A stretch of DNA of 64,000 nt. Origin: an uncultured Candidatus Saccharibacteria bacterium (GTDB taxonomy: Bacteria > Patescibacteriota > Minisyncoccia > Phycocordibacterales > UBA9973). The notes under the pieces are model-generated. The model was not told the DNA's origin and ran no database searches. It worked only from the letters and a program-made list of their open reading frames with translations. Of the stretch, positions 48,551-58,214 are shown piece after piece. How positions within the stretch are numbered: the stretch's first letter is position 1; every line of letters starts with the position of its first letter. The stretch is taken from contig CAYYNN010000002.1 in NCBI GenBank assembly GCA_964473175.1, positions 4,563-68,562 of the forward strand, read 5' to 3'. The position numbers were made by a program, and so were the translations under genes.

Positions 48551-48979
48551 ATGGATACGGTCTATACGGAGCAAGAAACTGGTGTTGTTGCAGGGGTGCT
48601 GATACAGGGACTTGTCCCTACTGAAACTCACGCAACAGTGGTTGGGTTGTCGGGCGATTTGGGTGCAGGTAAAACGACGCTAGTGCAATCTGTCGCCACT
48701 GTGTTGGGTGTACAAGAGCGCGTTGTAAGTCCGACATTTGTCATTGCCAAGTTTTACGAAACCACCCATTCACAGTGGAAGAAACTTATTCATATCGATG
48801 CGTACCGTATTGAAGACACTAAAGAGTTGGAGATACTTGGATGGGATACAATAGTACAAGAACCTCAAACACTCGTCGTCATTGAGTGGCCAGAAATAGT
48901 CAGTGCAATTCTTCCTCAGACAACAATACGCTATACGATAGAGCATAACGGTCATAGTCGTCATATCACCCGAACATGA
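48551..48979 (+). CDS. tsaE: tRNA threonylcarbamoyladenosine biosynthesis protein TsaE
   Basis: P-loop GDLGAGKTT and SPTF motif. 142 aa. Confidence 0.85.
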   Translation: MDTVYTEQETGVVAGVLIQGLVPTETHATVVGLSGDLGAGKTTLVQSVATVLGVQERVVSPTFVIAKFYETTHSQWKKLIHIDAYRIEDTKELEILGWDTIVQEPQTLVVIEWPEIVSAILPQTTIRYTIEHNGHSRHITRT

Positions 48980-51345
48980 AAAAGAAATCTTCAGAAAAAA
49001 ATGCTGCACAACAAACCCTCGTCATTTTAGACGCGCACGCTATCATCCATCGTGCATATCACGCACTACCTAACTTCGCTAATAGTCAGGGTATTCCAAC
49101 CGGTGCGCTGTATGGTATTGCAACAATGCTCATTCGTATCGTAGAAGAATTGAAACCAACGTACATCGTAGCGGCGTATGATTTACCAAAACCAACATTT
49201 AGACATTTGGCATATGACGACTATAAAAAGGGGAGAGCAAAGGCAGACGAGGACCTCGTGGCTCAGATGAAAACATCTCGAGATCTGTTTGCGGCGTTTA
49301 ACATCGAGTGCCTGGATGCAGAAGGGTTTGAAGCGGACGACGTGATAGGCACGCTCGTTGAGCAATATCGAGCTGATCCAAATATCAAGATCATTATTGC
49401 TTCCGGTGATATGGACACACTCCAACTTGTCGAGAATACAAAGATACAGGTCTTTACGTTGAAAAAGGGAGTCACGGATACAATACTCTACGATGAGGCT
49501 GCGGTAGTTGCTCGGTATGGCTTTGAACCAAAACAACTTGTTGACTACAAAGGGTTGCGCGGAGATCCGTCCGACAACATCATTGGAGTACCGGGCATTG
49601 GAGAGAAAACTGCCACAACTATTATTCAAACATTTGGAACTATTGAGGGATTGTACAAAGCATTGGAAAAGAAACCAGAGAAACTCACAGAAGCAGGACT
49701 CACTCCTCGAATCATCGGTATTCTCACTGAACACAAGGATGATGCATTCTTTTCAAAAACACTTGCAACGATCAGGCGGGATGCACCAGTAAGTTTTGCA
49801 TTGCCAGAAAAGCCATATCGAGAATCTATTGATCAAGAAAAAGTTACATCAAAAATAGCAGACTATGAATTCCGTTCACTCCTGCCACGTATTCGCAAAC
49901 TCTTTGCGTTTGAGGACGAGGGACCAAAGGAAGAAGTCGATCCAGAGCTCCTACACCGTGCATCTATTGCGCTTTGGGTACTGTATTCCGAAAATACGAA
50001 TCCTGACTATGAAGCAATACTTGAACGAACTCGCAAGAAAAATCTCGTCGATGCGTACGAAGCAATCCTGGGAGAACTACAAAAGAAAAACTCGTTAGAA
50101 CTTTTTGATAAAATAGAAAAGCCGCTTATTCCGATTATTACTGATATGCACGACTGGGGGATTATGATCGATCGCCCACATTTTGAAATGCTTCGAGAGA
50201 CGATGAAAGAAAAAATCTTACGCATTGAACGTGAAGTTGTAGAACTGACTGGTGAAACAATAAATATGAATTCTCCAAAGCAGCTTTCAGAGCTTCTGTT
50301 TGGGAAATTAGGCCTTAAACCAAAAGGGAAACAAAAGGCATCTGGTGCCTACACTACCAATGCAGAGACACTCGAATCTCTCGTTGATGCGCATCCGATC
50401 ATTCCTAAAGTTCTTGAGCACCGCGAAGTGCAAAAATTGCTCTCTACGTATGTTGAGGCGTTGCTCGAATGTGCTGATACAAAAGACATAGTGCATTCAA
50501 CGTTTTTGCAACATGGCGCTGCGACTGGGCGGTTTTCATCGATCAATCCCAATTTACAAAATATCCCTGCAAAAGGTGAAGGTGGAAAAGAAATCCGTCA
50601 TGGATTTGTTGCTCGTCCCGGACACGTATTCATTGGAAGCGATTATTCGCAGATCGAGTTGCGCGTACTTGCTATGCTTTCAAAAGATGAACGGTTGATC
50701 GAAACGTTTGAAAGCGGCAAGGACATTCATGCGAGAGTTGCTTCAGATATGTTCGGTGTCCCAATCGAGGCGGTAACAAGTGATATGCGTCGCAAGGCCA
50801 AGGTCATCAACTTCGGTATTCTGTACGGTATGGGTGTATCAGCGTTACAGAAAAACTTGGGATCTACTCGTGCTGAGGCGACAGAGTATTATGAAAATTA
50901 TTTTAAGACGTTTCCAACCATTGCTGCGTATCTCGAGCAGACAAAACAGTTTGCACGAGAGAACGGTTTTACCGAAACCGTGTTTGGACGTCGTCGGTAT
51001 TTCCCTGGTATATCTTCTGGTGCACCATTTCTTCGCGCATTTGCAGAGCGTATGGCAGTGAACGCACCAATACAGGGAACGAATGCAGATATTGTAAAAA
51101 TCGCTATTGTACTCATCGACACTGATCTGCGAAATGCAGGACTTATTGACAAGGTACACCTCACATTACAAGTGCACGATGAACTCGTATATGAAGTAGC
51201 AGAAAGCGTGCAAAAAACAGCAGAAGATATTATTATCAAGGCAATGAATAATGCATTCGCCCGTAGCCCGCTCCCAGTCACTATTGCAACCGTTCCGCTT
51301 GCCGTTTCGGTAGGGGTAGGGTCTCGACTAGATCAGCTGAAATAA
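48976..51345 (+). CDS. polA: DNA polymerase I
   Basis: N-terminal 5'-3' exonuclease (FEN) domain, C-terminal family A polymerase motifs (DYSQIELR, QVHDEL). 789 aa. 4-nt overlap with tsaE. Confidence 0.9.
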   Translation: MKKKSSEKNAAQQTLVILDAHAIIHRAYHALPNFANSQGIPTGALYGIATMLIRIVEELKPTYIVAAYDLPKPTFRHLAYDDYKKGRAKADEDLVAQMKTSRDLFAAFNIECLDAEGFEADDVIGTLVEQYRADPNIKIIIASGDMDTLQLVENTKIQVFTLKKGVTDTILYDEAAVVARYGFEPKQLVDYKGLRGDPSDNIIGVPGIGEKTATTIIQTFGTIEGLYKALEKKPEKLTEAGLTPRIIGILTEHKDDAFFSKTLATIRRDAPVSFALPEKPYRESIDQEKVTSKIADYEFRSLLPRIRKLFAFEDEGPKEEVDPELLHRASIALWVLYSENTNPDYEAILERTRKKNLVDAYEAILGELQKKNSLELFDKIEKPLIPIITDMHDWGIMIDRPHFEMLRETMKEKILRIEREVVELTGETINMNSPKQLSELLFGKLGLKPKGKQKASGAYTTNAETLESLVDAHPIIPKVLEHREVQKLLSTYVEALLECADTKDIVHSTFLQHGAATGRFSSINPNLQNIPAKGEGGKEIRHGFVARPGHVFIGSDYSQIELRVLAMLSKDERLIETFESGKDIHARVASDMFGVPIEAVTSDMRRKAKVINFGILYGMGVSALQKNLGSTRAEATEYYENYFKTFPTIAAYLEQTKQFARENGFTETVFGRRRYFPGISSGAPFLRAFAERMAVNAPIQGTNADIVKIAIVLIDTDLRNAGLIDKVHLTLQVHDELVYEVAESVQKTAEDIIIKAMNNAFARSPLPVTIATVPLAVSVGVGSRLDQLK

Positions 51346-51348
51346 TCT

Positions 51349-51801
51349 ATGAAACACATATCACTACACCGTACTCTTGCGCACTCATACCTTACATACT
51401 TCATCTTTAGTATTGTCGGGCTATTTGCCGACACAGTGATTGGTTTTTCTATGACCTATGTCGCATACACAAATGAAATAGCAGTTGCTTGTTTTGGGGT
51501 GGGGACACTCCTTATCATCTGGGCACAATATACATCACGATATATGAAGCACGATGAAGAAATACAAAATCCTTATTTTTTCAAGGGACCCTATCGATAC
51601 ATGCGCAACCCCACACATCTTGGCATTGTTTTTTTGGTTACTGGGTACACCGCCGTTTCTGGTTCATTAGTGTTTTTCGGAGTCACGATTATTGCATACT
51701 TTATATCCAATATTTTATTCCAGCGGTACGAAGCACTACTCGTTCGAACCTATGACGGGGAATACAAGGCATATAAAAGTAAGGTCCCAAAAATCCTCTA
51801 A
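51349..51801 (+). CDS. Isoprenylcysteine carboxyl methyltransferase (ICMT/PEMT)-family membrane protein
   Basis: RNPTHLG and C-terminal EE..L...FG.EY..Y...V-like motif (YEALLVRTYDGEYKAYKSKVP). Multi-TM. Confidence 0.65.
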   Translation: MKHISLHRTLAHSYLTYFIFSIVGLFADTVIGFSMTYVAYTNEIAVACFGVGTLLIIWAQYTSRYMKHDEEIQNPYFFKGPYRYMRNPTHLGIVFLVTGYTAVSGSLVFFGVTIIAYFISNILFQRYEALLVRTYDGEYKAYKSKVPKIL

Positions 51802-52427
51802 TGATATTTCTTGTTGTTGGCGATAACCAAGAATCTCGTATTTCGCAGATACAAAAAATTATGGAACCGTTATCGGGCAGTGATGTGTTAGTGTACGACG
51901 ATACGTATGGAACGGTACTTGATTTGGAACACTATGTATACCCGTCACTGTTTATGAGTGCTCCACCAGTAGTACATCTCAAATTTATGATTGGAAGCGA
52001 TGGTGAGACAATCACTGCATCTTTTTTAAAAAAATTACTTGCAAGCCCAACGGTGTTTTTGTTTGAAGAAATGGCGCTGTCTCCAGCTGTCATAACAATG
52101 TTTAAAAAATCTGGCGTTGTTGTCCATGAAGACAAGAAAAGCATAGGGGTAAAAAAAGATGGAGATATTTTTGCGGTAACACATGCATTGACTGCCCCCG
52201 ACAAAAAAGCTCGATGGATAGCATATCGCAGTACACTGAAGACGCATGCGATCGAAGCAGTGATGGGAATCTTGTATTGGAAAGTGCGAGATCTCGCAAC
52301 AAAGAATCCAAAAGAAAAAAATAAGTATAATGAACTGTATAAAAAATTATTACAGGCACACGCGAGTGCGTGGGAGACCGGAGCATCACTGGAGGTACTG
52401 ATCGAAAAAATAATTCTCACGCAATAA
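51801..52427 (+). CDS. Hypothetical protein
   Basis: 208-aa ORF overlapping the upstream stop by 1 nt. No firm motif. Confidence 0.45.
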   Translation: MIFLVVGDNQESRISQIQKIMEPLSGSDVLVYDDTYGTVLDLEHYVYPSLFMSAPPVVHLKFMIGSDGETITASFLKKLLASPTVFLFEEMALSPAVITMFKKSGVVVHEDKKSIGVKKDGDIFAVTHALTAPDKKARWIAYRSTLKTHAIEAVMGILYWKVRDLATKNPKEKNKYNELYKKLLQAHASAWETGASLEVLIEKIILTQ

Positions 52428-52439
52428 CATAAAAAGAGA

Positions 52440-52470
52440 AAAAGCCTTTATGAGAAATAAAGGCTTTTTG
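52440..52470 (+). terminator. Intrinsic terminator (aaaagccttta tgagaaa taaaggcttttt)
   Basis: 10-bp stem plus U-tract. Confidence 0.65.
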
Positions 52471-52671
52471 GATATTGTGACGAGATAATATGAATTATTT
52501 TCGTCGAGTCTATAGAGAGGTTTATTGTAAAAAATGTGAATGAACGTTCGGGGGAGGAGCAGTTTATATGCAAGATATAAATGGTTTGAATGAATATGGG
52601 AACGGCGCACTTAGGCTTATCCCTATATGAAATACATTCTAAAGAACTTATACACTTAGTATAGCCCTATT

Positions 52672-53193
52672 TTACAACTTCACAACTGATACATGTGGAT
52701 AACGTCGTGCAACAAGGTTTACGAGGATACCTGCGCCGAGTACTGTCAGAGACATGACAGGAATGGTGATGTACCCAAATTCATAGACGTACCGCATGAG
52801 GCATGAAGGTCCTGTCGCTCCACACACATCCAGACCAGTCGGGAATATATCAATGATGGTATGAAAGAGTGCTACAAGAAAACCGGCAATTGAAAGAATC
52901 AATAACTGGTTCTGTAGCAACTTGCTCGTACGAAGATTTGTGGTCCATGAAAGAATTGCGATAGGGAGTATTGCAATACGTTGATACCAACACAGTAGAC
53001 ATGGTTCATACCCAAAGCCATATTGATACACGAAACTCATCAACACAGCGAGTGTAAAAATAATTGCGATGATGTGTCCTGCATTTCGCGCGATGAATGT
53101 CATGAATGGTGCACGTACTATCCATCCCACAATAACCACGACAATAAAAACTTGTATCCCCATAGTTCCGAGCGCCGCAAAAAGGTTAAACAT
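52672..53193 (-). CDS. dsbB: Disulfide bond formation protein B (DsbB/BdbC family)
   Basis: Four TM helices. CLLC in loop 1 and C...C (CGATGPSC) in loop 2. Confidence 0.75.
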   Translation of the reverse strand: MFNLFAALGTMGIQVFIVVVIVGWIVRAPFMTFIARNAGHIIAIIFTLAVLMSFVYQYGFGYEPCLLCWYQRIAILPIAILSWTTNLRTSKLLQNQLLILSIAGFLVALFHTIIDIFPTGLDVCGATGPSCLMRYVYEFGYITIPVMSLTVLGAGILVNLVARRYPHVSVVKL

Positions 53194-53194
53194 A

Positions 53195-53608
53195 TTATTG
53201 GGCGACTATTGGAGACACTCCAGTATCTCTGTCGAGTTGTGCTGAGCAGTTTGTGTTCTCTGCGAGTTCTTGTAATGTTCGTTCACCGCCGAGTTCTGTT
53301 CCATTTGCAAACCTCCATGTTGGATATCCCTTGATACCTGCTTCATCGCAAATAGGGAGCTGCCCACTTCCGCTCGGTTGTGAACATTCAATATAGGGAA
53401 GAAGTTTTGCGCTTTTTCCAAACATCGCTTTTGTTGCTTGGCAGTGAGGGCACCAAAACGCACCATAAAACTTCGCACCACTGTCGGTGATACATTGTGC
53501 AACACCATCGTATTTGCCTGGCTTGTTTGCTTGAACTACGAGTAATGATACAAGTCCTCCGATAACGAGTACAACGATAACGACCCAGATCCAATTTGAT
53601 TTCTTCAT
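53195..53608 (-). CDS. Membrane-anchored thioredoxin-fold thiol:disulfide oxidoreductase (DsbA/BdbD-like)
   Basis: N-terminal TM. WCPHC active site. Next to and co-directional with dsbB. Confidence 0.7.
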   Translation of the reverse strand: MKKSNWIWVVIVVLVIGGLVSLLVVQANKPGKYDGVAQCITDSGAKFYGAFWCPHCQATKAMFGKSAKLLPYIECSQPSGSGQLPICDEAGIKGYPTWRFANGTELGGERTLQELAENTNCSAQLDRDTGVSPIVAQ

Positions 53609-53681
53609 ATCTACTAACGGTAACTCGCGAGAGTTTTTTTTGCAACTTCCATAATACGCAATTTGGTGGCATGATAGCGAT

Positions 53682-54437
53682 ATGATATTCCTTATTGCAG
53701 TGCTCGCATTTCTGGCAACCTATCTTGGCGGGCTGTTCGCAATAGCATGTAAAGACAAACTACACCTCATTTTAGGATTTAGTGCTGGTGCAGTTATCGC
53801 TGTGGCATTTTTTGATCTTTTGCCGGAGGCACTCAATCTTGGAAGTGGACGATTTACGTCGACACATATGTTGAGCATTACTGCGCTTGGATTTTTTGTA
53901 TTTATGATTTTAGATCGATTTGTCATATTGCACAGCCATCATCACGAAGATGGGCATACATCTATATCGGAACATGAATCGAAAGAAAAACACGAAAAAA
54001 AATCGAGAGGGAAGTTGGGCGCGGGATCGCTATCAGTCCATAGTTTCTTGGATGGAGTCGTTATCGGACTCGCGTTTCAGGTTTCTCCTGCCGTTGGTGC
54101 GATTGTTACGGCGGCAGTACTGGTACACGATTTTTCAGATGGTATCAACACCGTCAATCTTGTTTTAAAAAATGGAGGTACTATCAAAAATGCACGCAAA
54201 TGGCTCGTCATTGATGCGTTAGCTCCAGCACTCGGAGTGATAGCAACAGTATTTTTCTCTGTCCCCGAAACTACACTTGGTATTATTCTTGCGCTCTTTG
54301 CGGGATTCTTTTTGTATATCGGAGCAAGTGATTTGTTGCCAGAGAGTCATCACAATCATCCAACAATTTGGACGACTGTTGCGACATTGATCGGGGTCGC
54401 GGTACTCTATTTTGCAATCAAGATCGCAGGATTATAA
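53682..54437 (+). CDS. zupT: ZIP-family metal cation transporter (ZupT-like)
   Basis: His-rich loop HSHHHEDGH. SVHSFLDGVVIGL and HDFSDG motifs. 251 aa. Confidence 0.8.
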   Translation: MIFLIAVLAFLATYLGGLFAIACKDKLHLILGFSAGAVIAVAFFDLLPEALNLGSGRFTSTHMLSITALGFFVFMILDRFVILHSHHHEDGHTSISEHESKEKHEKKSRGKLGAGSLSVHSFLDGVVIGLAFQVSPAVGAIVTAAVLVHDFSDGINTVNLVLKNGGTIKNARKWLVIDALAPALGVIATVFFSVPETTLGIILALFAGFFLYIGASDLLPESHHNHPTIWTTVATLIGVAVLYFAIKIAGL

Positions 54438-54441
54438 TCGG

Positions 54442-54514
54442 TGCGCCCAGCAGGATTCGAACCTGCGACCGTCTCCTTAAAAGGGAGCTGCTCTACCAAC
54501 TGAGCTATGGGCGC
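54442..54514 (-). tRNA. tRNA-Lys (anticodon TTT)
   Basis: Cloverleaf hand-folded: acceptor GCGCCCA/TGGGCGC, D-arm GCTCAGTTGGTAGAGC, anticodon loop CTTTTAA, T-arm GCAGGTTCGAATCCTGC. Confidence 0.85.
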
Positions 54515-54582
54515 GTTGTTTCTTTCATCGCAAGGAGTCATTGCCTTGCAAAAAAGTAGCAAAACTATACCATGCAAGCCAT

Positions 54583-55050
54583 ATGAAATCAATGCTGATT
54601 TTACACAATATTCGCAGTGCACAAAATGTTGGAGCACTCTTTCGAACCGCCGATGCTGCAGGGATTACACGTATCTATCTATCGGCTATTACACCGCAGC
54701 CGATAGATCGGTTTGGGCGCCAGCGTACAGATATTGCAAAGACAGCACTCGGTGCAGAGCAGAGTGTTCAGTGGGAGTCCTATAATGATATTCATCTTCT
54801 CTTGAAAACACTGAAACAAGAAGGGGTGCACATAGTAGCTATTGAGCAATCAAAAAGTGCTGTTGACTATAAAACGGTACCACTTCAAGAGTCCATAGTA
54901 TTTATATTAGGTAATGAAGTCGAAGGGCTTCCGCAGGCCGTACTCGACAAGAGTGATGTTGTTGCAATGATACCAATGCTCGGAATAAAAGAATCGCTTA
55001 ATGTCTCAGTTGCTGGCGGAATAGCATTGTTTCGAATGCTTGGGATTTAA
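54583..55050 (+). CDS. TrmH/SpoU-family RNA 2'-O-methyltransferase
   Basis: SPOUT motifs (NVGALFRTADAAG, ILGNEVEGL, SLNVSVAGGIALF). ORF begins TTG, so start put at the first ATG. Confidence 0.75.
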   Translation: MKSMLILHNIRSAQNVGALFRTADAAGITRIYLSAITPQPIDRFGRQRTDIAKTALGAEQSVQWESYNDIHLLLKTLKQEGVHIVAIEQSKSAVDYKTVPLQESIVFILGNEVEGLPQAVLDKSDVVAMIPMLGIKESLNVSVAGGIALFRMLGI

Positions 55051-55059
55051 GAGAAAAGA

Positions 55060-55272
55060 TTATGGACGAGTACCTGCTTTGAGGTCGCTTGGACCATAAA
55101 TATCCCCAGTATGGTCGATGGTAGATTCTTCCATGAACGGGTTTGCTCTATTGGTCTGTATACGGTCAGGTCCACCGGTTACAAACCAGGCAAGCCAAAG
55201 ACCTGCCAAGAGAAGAAGGAACCATTTGAATTCGGGGTGCATACATATAGTATACACGCTCTTCTTAGACAA
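55060..55272 (-). CDS. Small membrane protein (hypothetical)
   Basis: 70 aa with one TM (WFLLLLAGLWLAWFV). Convergent with trmH. Confidence 0.35.
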   Translation of the reverse strand: MSKKSVYTICMHPEFKWFLLLLAGLWLAWFVTGGPDRIQTNRANPFMEESTIDHTGDIYGPSDLKAGTRP

Positions 55273-55282
55273 AATATCAAAA

Positions 55283-55933
55283 ATGAGTATGATAAAAGAA
55301 AAATTCTTTTATATGCAAACAACTTCATTAGAAAGTACCCACACCACTGATTGGGCACAGGTCCCGATACCTGAACTAACAAAAAAGCTTTTGATAGATA
55401 TCAAAATGCGTTTAGAAAACAGTGAACAAGTAGTACCTAGTTTCTATGTACCTTTTTCAGAAAAAACATATTTTACTCATGTCGATACTATTTTCCCCGG
55501 ATCATTTTCTGAAGGAGTATTATTCCTGGGGCAGATATTGATGGAAGAGCATACTGATAAATTGGCAAGTTATCCGAATAAAGAGTTGGCCAATAAGGTG
55601 AAAAGTCTCAAAAATATGTATGGCGTTACCGCTCAATCATATCGAGGCTACTGCATCTACCGGTCAACATTTTGGCACATACCATTAGTGAGACTATTTA
55701 ATGTTGATGTCGCATTCTTTAATGCAGTTGCTCGTGCAATGAATAATGGGAAAAACTTGGGCAGGAACCCTCCTGCTTTTAGTAATCGAGTATGTGCACA
55801 TGAAAGGGAATACCGTAACCTTTTCTTGAGATCAAATGAAAACAAAGAACTACTCTATGTATTCAATGAACTGCATCTACGCATTTTCCTCGGATGGCTT
55901 AAGGCTTCCACTAAAAATTTATCAACGAAGTAA
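55283..55933 (+). CDS. Hypothetical protein
   Basis: Start trimmed to the internal ATG (MSMIKEK) to resolve overlap. 216 aa. No motif. Confidence 0.45.
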   Translation: MSMIKEKFFYMQTTSLESTHTTDWAQVPIPELTKKLLIDIKMRLENSEQVVPSFYVPFSEKTYFTHVDTIFPGSFSEGVLFLGQILMEEHTDKLASYPNKELANKVKSLKNMYGVTAQSYRGYCIYRSTFWHIPLVRLFNVDVAFFNAVARAMNNGKNLGRNPPAFSNRVCAHEREYRNLFLRSNENKELLYVFNELHLRIFLGWLKASTKNLSTK

Positions 55934-55959
55934 CGTTACGCTCCCTTATATAAGGGAGC

Positions 55960-56505
55960 TTATTTTTTTAGAATTTGTAGTGCCAGCGTTATTTGGCGCT
56001 CAAGTGTTTGTGACGCATCGATACTTGAAATGGCATTGCGGATGTCACCGTCTTTGAATCCGAGAGAAAGCAGAGCTTCTACTAGATCGCTTGCACCAAG
56101 TTGTTCAGATACTCCAAAACCTGCGAGTTTATCTTTGAGGTCAATAATAACTTTTTCCGCTGTTTTTTTGCCGATACCAGGAACAAGGGAAATCGCTTTT
56201 GCGTCTCCTGATCTGATGGCGCGAACAAGTTCTGAGAGCGGATACATCGTGAGCATGTGTAGTCCGGTTTTGGGCCCGACACCAGAAACAGAAATGAGAC
56301 TGGTGAACAATGTCTTTTCATCAGGATAGACAAACCCATAGAGTTCGTGTGCGTCCTCGCGGATAACCAAATGCGTATGAAGGGTGACGCGCTCACCGAT
56401 TGAAAAAATGGCAGGGGAATACACTGCATATCCAATACCGGCTGTTTCAATAACCATCCCTTTCTCAAAGAGCTCAACAACTACCCCGGTGATACGTGCA
56501 ATCAT
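55960..56505 (-). CDS. ruvA: Holliday junction DNA helicase RuvA
   Basis: OB-fold N-terminus MIARITGVV. Twin HhH motifs (SVSGVGPKTG, LVPGIGKKTAEKV). 181 aa. Confidence 0.9.
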   Translation of the reverse strand: MIARITGVVVELFEKGMVIETAGIGYAVYSPAIFSIGERVTLHTHLVIREDAHELYGFVYPDEKTLFTSLISVSGVGPKTGLHMLTMYPLSELVRAIRSGDAKAISLVPGIGKKTAEKVIIDLKDKLAGFGVSEQLGASDLVEALLSLGFKDGDIRNAISSIDASQTLERQITLALQILKK

Positions 56506-56582
56506 GTCTCTATCATAGCAAAAGTTTCACTCAATTTGTTCCTCTTGCGCAAAATGCCTGCGCCTGCTATAGTTTTGCCACT

Positions 56583-56843
56583 ATGCCTATCACCAGAAGC
56601 GCCAAAAAAGCACTCCGCGTCTCAGATAAAAAGAACGCGATAAACACACGTACCAAGAAAGCTTTGAAAGAAGGAGCAAAAAGCATTGAAAAGCTCGTAA
56701 CTGCAAAGAACTGGAAAGATGCAAAAAGCTCACTCTCAGCTGCTTATAGTGCTATCGATAAGGCTGCAAAGAACGGTGTAATCAAGAAGAATACCGCAAA
56801 CCGCAAGAAAGCTCGTTTGTCACGGATGTCGAAAGAGAAGTAG
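56583..56843 (+). CDS. rpsT: 30S ribosomal protein S20
   Basis: MPITRSAKKALRVSDKKN... basic S20 signature. Start at the internal ATG. 86 aa. Confidence 0.85.
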   Translation: MPITRSAKKALRVSDKKNAINTRTKKALKEGAKSIEKLVTAKNWKDAKSSLSAAYSAIDKAAKNGVIKKNTANRKKARLSRMSKEK

Positions 56844-56849
56844 GTATCT

Positions 56850-56884
56850 AAAAACACACAATTCAAAAATTGTGTGTTTTTTTG
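56850..56884 (+). terminator. Intrinsic terminator (aaacacacaatt caaaa aattgtgtgttttttt)
   Basis: 12-bp stem plus U-tract after rpsT. Confidence 0.65.
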
Positions 56885-56897
56885 ATATACTAGATAT

Positions 56898-57161
56898 ATG
56901 TTATACGAATTCTACGGAGAAGAATGTCCCCACTGCATGCGTATGCGTCAGATGACCACAAAACTAATGAAGGAATTTCCCGCAGTGAGCATTGTGCGCA
57001 AAGAAGTCTGGCATGATAAGAAAAATATGGCATTCATCAAAGAATGTGATAAAAACGATGAGTGTGGAGGGGTACCTTTTTTTTACAACAGTGAAAACAA
57101 AGAATGGTTGTGTGGGGAAGTAGAGTACGATGCATTGAAAAAGTGGGCAGGAGTGCAGTAG
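56898..57161 (+). CDS. Small thioredoxin/glutaredoxin-like protein (CPHC active site)
   Basis: MLYEFYGEECPHCMRM at the N-terminus. 87 aa. Confidence 0.6.
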   Translation: MLYEFYGEECPHCMRMRQMTTKLMKEFPAVSIVRKEVWHDKKNMAFIKECDKNDECGGVPFFYNSENKEWLCGEVEYDALKKWAGVQ

Positions 57162-57208
57162 TTTGACAAATACTATTTTTGTATTAGTATTCATTCAAAT
57201 TACTCATA

Positions 57209-57523
57209 ATGAAAAAACGCTCGGGGGACTTTTATGGGAGAACAGGTAGTTCTCACCAATCTCACAATATTACTTTAAAAGGGGATATTGTTGATAGTAT
57301 AAGGAGCACAGTCCAATGCTGGCGTGAGATTACATTTTCTTGCGTAGTTATTTTCTTGGCATACATATTGCCCGGAGAATGGTTTTGGGCACTCTTTGGT
57401 ATTGGTATGTATTCATACAGTTTATATGAATGGAGAAAGCAAACAGTAGGAATAAGTATTGCTGTGGGCATCATTGCACTCTCGATCTATATCCGCTTAA
57501 TCTGGATAGCGTATCATTCGTAA
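57209..57523 (+). CDS. Hypothetical membrane protein
   Basis: 104 aa, 2-3 TM. Followed by a hairpin plus T-tract at 57551-57582. Confidence 0.4.
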   Translation: MKKRSGDFYGRTGSSHQSHNITLKGDIVDSIRSTVQCWREITFSCVVIFLAYILPGEWFWALFGIGMYSYSLYEWRKQTVGISIAVGIIALSIYIRLIWIAYHS

Positions 57524-57593
57524 ATACCTTTTGTACTTGGTTGTATCTACAAAGTGACTGTAACGGTCACTTTGTTTTTTATTACGAAACTTG

Positions 57594-57665
57594 TCCTCTC
57601 GATAGGAATCGAACCTATATCATAACTTCCGCAAAGTTACGTCCTATCCATTGAACGACGAGAGG
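57594..57665 (-). tRNA. tRNA-Arg (anticodon GCG by hand-fold)
   Basis: Acceptor CCTCTCG/CGAGAGG, anticodon stem TAACT/AGTTA with loop TTGCGGA, T-arm ATAGGTTCGATTCCTAT. Confidence 0.7.
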
Positions 57666-57685
57666 GATAGATATTGTGTGGATTA

Positions 57686-58183
57686 TTAAAATCCTAAGCG
57701 CTCAGCTATTTTGGACCCCATGGATTCGCGCATCATTGTTTCGGGGGCGTGTTTGAGCATTTCTGACCTCACGCTCTGTGCGGTCACATTTGCGAGGGGG
57801 ATTGCCATCATAGGAGTAAAAGACCCCTTGATGAGCAATAGCAGCATATCTGGTTTTCCTGTTTCGTCAATCCAGAACTGTGTGACTCGCTCATACAAAA
57901 TACGCTCGTTGTCCACGGTGATATCTTTCTCATCAAGTGTTATCGAAAGCATTTTGGGACGTCGTTGAGCAAAAAGAATGATTGCAGCTCCTGCGACAAT
58001 GAGGAATATACCAAAGAAAATATTTGCATAGAAAAAAGATATCGTTGCTGCGATCGCAAATATAAGCCCGGCATACCACAACCAGTCAGGGTGGCGCTCA
58101 CGGTGTTCGAATTCGAGGACTGACCACGTGAGTGGTTGTGAAGGAGTTGGAATAGTTGGTGTTACAGGAGCTGTTTCTTCCAT
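57686..58183 (-). CDS. Hypothetical membrane protein
   Basis: 165 aa, two TM helices. Pro/Thr-rich N-terminus. Confidence 0.45.
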   Translation of the reverse strand: MEETAPVTPTIPTPSQPLTWSVLEFEHRERHPDWLWYAGLIFAIAATISFFYANIFFGIFLIVAGAAIILFAQRRPKMLSITLDEKDITVDNERILYERVTQFWIDETGKPDMLLLLIKGSFTPMMAIPLANVTAQSVRSEMLKHAPETMMRESMGSKIAERLGF

Positions 58184-58214
58184 GACTCTAGTGTATCACG
58201 AGGAGTACTGAGAC

